Assembly (NCBI GenBank): GCA_934168275.1
Contig: CAKPNA010000001.1
Coordinates: 132,009-196,008, forward strand
Source of the DNA: an uncultured Bacilli bacterium
GTDB taxonomy: Bacteria > Bacillota_I > Bacilli_A > RF39 > UBA660
Length of the DNA stretch: 64,000 nt
Direction: 5' to 3'
The position numbers were made by a program, and so were the translations under genes. Positions 59,963 to 64,000 of this stretch are shown here, piece after piece. Each line of letters opens with the position of its first letter. Positions within the stretch are counted from its first letter, which is position 1. Below the pieces are notes generated by a model. It saw only the letters and a program-made list of their open reading frames with translations, searched no databases and was not told where the DNA came from.

Positions 59963-61531
59963 CTATCCAATCACGAACGGATCTGCAGCAGTCCCTGATC
60001 CTCCTCCTGTCATCCCTATCCCCGGTTGAAGTGAAACGGACGGACGCACCCCACGAGGGGTATTGACGGTGCTGGAGTGCAAGTGCCCACCAGAGCTCAA
60101 GCCGAACTCGTCAGCAAACGGGTAGAGGAAGTCAAACGGAGACAAAGCCCAATAAGATTTTCCTGTATATAAGTAAAATGAACCATTTGCATCAGATGAA
60201 CTACTATAATATTTTCCTCCGGCATATACCATTTCATCAGCAGTTATTAATCCAACTGGATATGTTAATGCACCATTACCATTACTTGTATTTACTGTAA
60301 ACTTATCATTATCTTGAGCACATTTTAATGTTGGTGTTGGATTTGATACCTTAGGTCCTACTCTAGATGTTGGACCATATACTGTTTTATTTGTTCCATA
60401 TCCTAATGTTGTATAACTACTATAATTCCCACCATTTGAATTTGCTAAATCTGTTACTATACTTCTATCATTACACCATACTGTATCTTCTAATTGTAAT
60501 GTATAACTTGTCATATTATTTTCATACCATGTATCTATTACTCCCTTTATTGTTGAATCATTTGTATTGGCATGAGTACTTGCGTATGTACTTGATTCAG
60601 TAGTTCCAAACATATATCCTACATATGCATTATCATCACGAGTTGAATTAAATGCTGAACTACCTATTGTAGAATTATTACCTGTATTATTACATTGACC
60701 ATTAGATGGTACTCCATCATAGATAAGTTTTACTCCACCTGTCTCGGTAGTTCTTACTATTCGCCAACAGAAATTAGCAAATATTACACGATTATCTACA
60801 TTACCTCGATAGTAATATACCGGATTACCACTATCGGTATTAGTAATCATAAATATACCATTAGTATTATCTTGTACTGATGTTTTACTAAAATCAATAG
60901 TAGTTGTTGTATCAGCATTATTTTTTATATAATCATATAAAGGAATAGTTTTTACTGCTTCTGTTGTTAAATTAGGATTATTACTAGATGTTCCTTTCAT
61001 ATTAACTGATATACTACCTGATAGATTTTGAGTTTCTTTTTCATCTAACCATATATAGAGATAATATGTTTTGGTATAAGTATTACTTGTATTAGTAATA
61101 TTATCATAGTCATTCTTTACTATCCATATATCACTACCTACTGTGGCATTACTAAAATTACCATTTGCAATTAAACCATCAGTACAACTATTCTCAGATG
61201 TTGTTAAAGCATATTTCATTGTAGTAGTCTTTAAACTATCCGATAATGTTGCTACATTCATACCTATACTAAATGATACTTTACCACCTGAAGTATTATT
61301 GGAGGTTGCCACAATTTTCTTCTTAATAGCATATTCACTAGTACACTTAGATGGCATGAATGAAGTATTAGTATTGCCTCCTCCATCAATAGTCATTGTC
61401 AAATTACCTGCTCTAATTTGGGTAATATTAGTGGCTACTGCACTTGTTGTATAATAAGCAAATGTTCCTCCAATACCTAGCATTACTATTGATAAAATAG
61501 TTAAAATAATAAATAATCTCTTTCTTTCCAT
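59963..61531 (-). CDS. large secreted Asn/Thr/Gly/Tyr-rich protein with SipW-cognate (TasA-type) signal peptide; paralog B
   Basis: 522 aa. The first ~92 aa are identical to paralog A, then diverged but homologous (..VYYYRG.VDN.V.FANFCWRIVRTTETGGVKLIYDG.PSNGQCNNTG..). GC-rich C-terminus ..GVRPSVSLQPGIGMTGGGSGTAADPFVIG. Confidence 0.75.
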   Translation of the reverse strand: MERKRLFIILTILSIVMLGIGGTFAYYTTSAVATNITQIRAGNLTMTIDGGGNTNTSFMPSKCTSEYAIKKKIVATSNNTSGGKVSFSIGMNVATLSDSLKTTTMKYALTTSENSCTDGLIANGNFSNATVGSDIWIVKNDYDNITNTSNTYTKTYYLYIWLDEKETQNLSGSISVNMKGTSSNNPNLTTEAVKTIPLYDYIKNNADTTTTIDFSKTSVQDNTNGIFMITNTDSGNPVYYYRGNVDNRVIFANFCWRIVRTTETGGVKLIYDGVPSNGQCNNTGNNSTIGSSAFNSTRDDNAYVGYMFGTTESSTYASTHANTNDSTIKGVIDTWYENNMTSYTLQLEDTVWCNDRSIVTDLANSNGGNYSSYTTLGYGTNKTVYGPTSRVGPKVSNPTPTLKCAQDNDKFTVNTSNGNGALTYPVGLITADEMVYAGGKYYSSSSDANGSFYLYTGKSYWALSPFDFLYPFADEFGLSSGGHLHSSTVNTPRGVRPSVSLQPGIGMTGGGSGTAADPFVIG

Positions 61532-61553
61532 AAATGTACAATCCCTTTCTTAG

Positions 61554-61609
61554 TAAATAAAAAACTACGATAAAAAGAGTCTAATCTCTTAAACTCTCTA
61601 TATCGTAGT
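61554..61609 (-). terminator. intrinsic terminator/attenuator hairpin upstream of paralog B; copy of the 3372-3427 element
   Basis: Arms at 61564-61580 and 61593-61609, followed by a U-tract on the mRNA. Nearly identical to the locus A hairpin. Confidence 0.6.
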
Positions 61610-61700
61610 TATCTTTATTTTTATTTAACAAACAGTTGTTATTATTTGCCCCCCCCCCAAGTAAACTTAGAGTTAACATATTATTATAATTCTTTTTCAT
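61581..61700 (-). CDS. putative leader peptide ORF (39 aa) containing the poly-G tract and terminating inside the terminator loop
   Basis: AAAGGAG Shine-Dalgarno 9 nt upstream of the ATG at 61700. MKKNYNNMLTLSLLGGGANNNNCLLNKNKDNYDIESLRD, with the UAG at 61583..61581 as the last 3 nt of the hairpin loop. Confidence 0.4.
   Translation of the reverse strand: MKKNYNNMLTLSLLGGGANNNNCLLNKNKDNYDIESLRD
61649..61658 (-). repeat. homopolymeric tract of 10 C on the plus strand (10 G on the coding strand) inside the leader ORF
   Basis: Direct count. Confidence 0.95.
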
Positions 61701-61787
61701 AAATTTTAACTCCTTTCTAGTAAACGTTCGTTTGCTATAACCTTTACTCGGAAGAAATATGTTTGTTTATTTTCTTACCTTAAATTA

Positions 61788-61816
61788 ATTATATAACAAT
61801 TTAGATTTATATACAA
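61788..61816 (-). promoter_or_regulatory. sigma-A-like promoter (TTGTAT-17-TATAAT)
   Basis: Minus strand reads TTGTATataaatctaaattgttaTATAATtaatttaagg. The -10 hexamer aligns with the TAGAAT of locus A. Confidence 0.45.
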
Positions 61817-61853
61817 CCCATAAATTTAACTTTTTCTTGTAATATTACATACC

Positions 61854-64000
61854 TTAATCTACTTCTTTACCACTAAGTATTCTAGCAGGACTCTTTCTTA
61901 TAGTATTAAATACCGGTATTAACCCTACTATAATATTAAATAAATACATAAGTATAATACATAATATCATAATATATATATTCATAACATAATTTCTACC
62001 TATATAATCAATATCACTAAGTACATATAAACAATAACTCATAAATAATACTCCTGGAAGTGATGCTAAAGTACTAATAGCAAATGATTCAGAAATAAAC
62101 ATCTTATATATATCTAACTTCTTAACTCCTATAGCTCTATAAATACCTACTTCTTTAATTCTCGATAAGAATGAAGATCTAGTCATTAATATTATCTCTA
62201 TTAAAGATATTCCTAACATAATACTAGCTACTATTAAACTAGCATTAACACTATCTTTCATACTATCTATATAACTATTTCTATCACTTTGATATACATC
62301 AATAACTTTAACACCTATATCTTTAAAATTATTAATTACCTTATCTTTATCTTTACTATATATAATAATACCCTTACTATTCTCTATTAAATCATACTTC
62401 TTAGTATTACTACTAACAAAATAACTATTAATATCATCTTCACTTTTATAATATCCTACTACTACTAATTTTTTACCATTAACTTTCTTATCAATTTCTT
62501 TATTTAATTTATATTCTTCTTGATAACTTTCATTAATAATAACTTCATAATCATTACTAGGTTCTCTTCCTTTAGTAATAACTATCTTATCTCTATAACT
62601 ATCATAACTATATATACTACTATTATCTAATTCTTCACTAATAGCTACACTGCTAACTCCAAATCCATAGTCATAATCATATCCTGCTTTACTATTAATA
62701 ATTATATTATATAATTCATTTCTACTAGCATATATTGAAGGACTACCCATATCTACTATACCTACTATTGTATACTCTTTATTAGCAAATACTTTACTAT
62801 TAACCATTCTCTCTACTTCATAGTACCCAATCATTTCTAGCCCTTTAGTCTTATCATAAGCCATCTTATCAATAACTATTTCATTATCATTCTCTGGATA
62901 TCTACCATATATAATATCTTTACTACTAATCATCTCATTACTAGCAATAGAACCATTAATAATAATATTACTATCTTTAGTTTGATAATATTCTTGATTA
63001 CTAACTTTCATTCCTACCTTACTATTACCTGGTAGCATATATATAATACCATCCATACCTTCATAATTAAGATAATCTTCTACTTTAACTTTATTCCTCT
63101 CTATCTTTAAATAATTCTTATTAGTAGCAATAAACTCACTATCATTAACTGTTAATAACCCAATAATATTACTAACTGAATAAGTAACAAATAAAGCCGC
63201 TAAAAAGAATCCCCCTAATAATAATTTCTTAACAAAACTATATCCAAATACTTTCTTAAATCCATGTTTAATAATACTACCAAGATTAAATATTGAACTA
63301 TATTTAAGTTTTATATCTTTATTAATTATCTTATCAAAATCAAATGAATACTTCTCATATACACTTTTGTCTAACTTCTTATAATGATCATTAACTATCT
63401 CTATAGAACTATTACCATCTACTACTTCAATTCTACTATCATCATTACTTTTAATATATATATTCCCATTCTTAACAGCAATAACTAAGTTTAATTTCTT
63501 ATCTTCATCATTATAATAATCAATATTAATATTATTATCACTATTTTTATAACTATATTTAAAATCTTTTAAATATAAAGTATTATCTATTCTATAATCT
63601 ATCTTATCATCATGTTTATTTATATAATCTTTAACAATTGTTCCATCAGTTATCTCTAATATTCTACTAGCATAAAACTTAGCAATATCTACTTCATGAG
63701 TAACTAATAATACTAACTTATCTCTTGATATAGCTTTAATAATATTCATAATCTCAATCGTATTCTTACTATCTAAGTTTCCTGTTGGTTCATCCGCTAA
63801 AATAATATCTGGATTCTTTACTAAGGCTCTCGCAATACCAACTCTTTGTCTTTCACCACCTGATAGCATTCCACAAGGTCGATAACGATAACGATACATT
63901 CCAACACGTTCTAATATATATTCAACACGTATCTTTATCTCTTTCTTATCCTTAATACCTATCATCTTAAGAACCATAGCAACATTATCATAAACACTCA
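61854..64000 (-). CDS. ABC transporter ATP-binding/permease fusion protein (ATPase fused to FtsX-like permease); 5' end lies outside the window
   Basis: ..[32 protein letters not shown].. followed by a large extracellular domain and a C-terminal 3-4 TM FtsX-like region. The frame stays open upstream of the listed Met to position 64000 (..SVYDNVA..). Confidence 0.75.
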   Translation of the reverse strand, partial: SVYDNVAMVLKMIGIKDKKEIKIRVEYILERVGMYRYRYRPCGMLSGGERQRVGIARALVKNPDIILADEPTGNLDSKNTIEIMNIIKAISRDKLVLLVTHEVDIAKFYASRILEITDGTIVKDYINKHDDKIDYRIDNTLYLKDFKYSYKNSDNNINIDYYNDEDKKLNLVIAVKNGNIYIKSNDDSRIEVVDGNSSIEIVNDHYKKLDKSVYEKYSFDFDKIINKDIKLKYSSIFNLGSIIKHGFKKVFGYSFVKKLLLGGFFLAALFVTYSVSNIIGLLTVNDSEFIATNKNYLKIERNKVKVEDYLNYEGMDGIIYMLPGNSKVGMKVSNQEYYQTKDSNIIINGSIASNEMISSKDIIYGRYPENDNEIVIDKMAYDKTKGLEMIGYYEVERMVNSKVFANKEYTIVGIVDMGSPSIYASRNELYNIIINSKAGYDYDYGFGVSSVAISEELDNSSIYSYDSYRDKIVITKGREPSNDYEVIINESYQEEYKLNKEIDKKVNGKKLVVVGYYKSEDDINSYFVSSNTKKYDLIENSKGIIIYSKDKDKVINNFKDIGVKVIDVYQSDRNSYIDSMKDSVNASLIVASIMLGISLIEIILMTRSSFLSRIKEVGIYRAIGVKKLDIYKMFISESFAISTLASLPGVLFMSYCLYVLSDIDYIGRNYVMNIYIMILCIILMYLFNIIVGLIPVFNTIRKSPARILSGKEVD

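Noticed and set aside
1-64000. Mollicutes-type genetic code (UGA=Trp), given the very low GC
   Set aside because: Long uninterrupted ORFs are obtained with the standard code, and Trp is encoded by TGG in conserved motifs.
1-64000. tRNA, rRNA and CRISPR arrays
   Set aside because: No GC-rich cloverleaf-sized islands, rRNA-like segments or regularly spaced direct repeats were seen in any intergenic region.

Overview
This 64 kb window comes from a very AT-rich (roughly 25-30% GC) low-GC Gram-positive chromosome that uses the standard genetic code. The organism has a sporulation-type pro-sigma factor, a prepilin-class protein and SipW-class signal peptides; Clostridia or Erysipelotrichia is a guess. 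Almost all genes are on the minus strand. Housekeeping content includes uvrC, yigZ, radC, hsp20, a ytrA-like GntR/ABC operon, serS, yceD-rpmF, rbgA, lepB, rplS, rsmE, ddl and a sigE/sigK-family sporulation sigma factor. Accessory content includes an RhuM/BRO-N/DinD-like cluster, a hybrid histidine kinase plus AMP-ligase, an approximately 8 kb run of uncharacterised genes, a BceRS-BceAB-type module, a cadC-cadA metal-resistance pair, an MBOAT-DHHW acylation operon, a standalone IS605-family tnpB with a putative omega-RNA region, and P-type ATPases.

The most notable feature is a multigene family of large Asn/Thr/Gly-rich secreted proteins with TasA/camelysin-type (SipW-cognate) signal peptides. 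Two full copies sit at the two ends of the window, and an orphan internal fragment lies near the second copy. Both full copies carry the same upstream cassette. It consists of a sigma-A-like promoter, a short leader ORF with a strong ribosome-binding site and a 10-12 nt poly-G tract inside the ORF, a strong intrinsic terminator about 12 nt upstream of the main gene's Shine-Dalgarno, and about 280 nt of identical 5' coding sequence. In exactly one of three tract-length frames, the leader ORF reads into the terminator and stops in its loop. This suggests a slipped-strand-controlled translational attenuation switch. The two loci currently sit in opposite states.

A second notable item is a 3.2 kb insertion between rbgA and yceD, flanked by 25 bp direct repeats. 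It carries an AAA+ (MoxR-like) ATPase and a HExxH-plus-vWA protein with its own promoter. Several apparent gene-inactivation events are also visible: an ATG in the wrong frame at the start of the sigE-like gene, an in-frame TAA in the DinD-like gene, and an internally deleted DUF1848 remnant.
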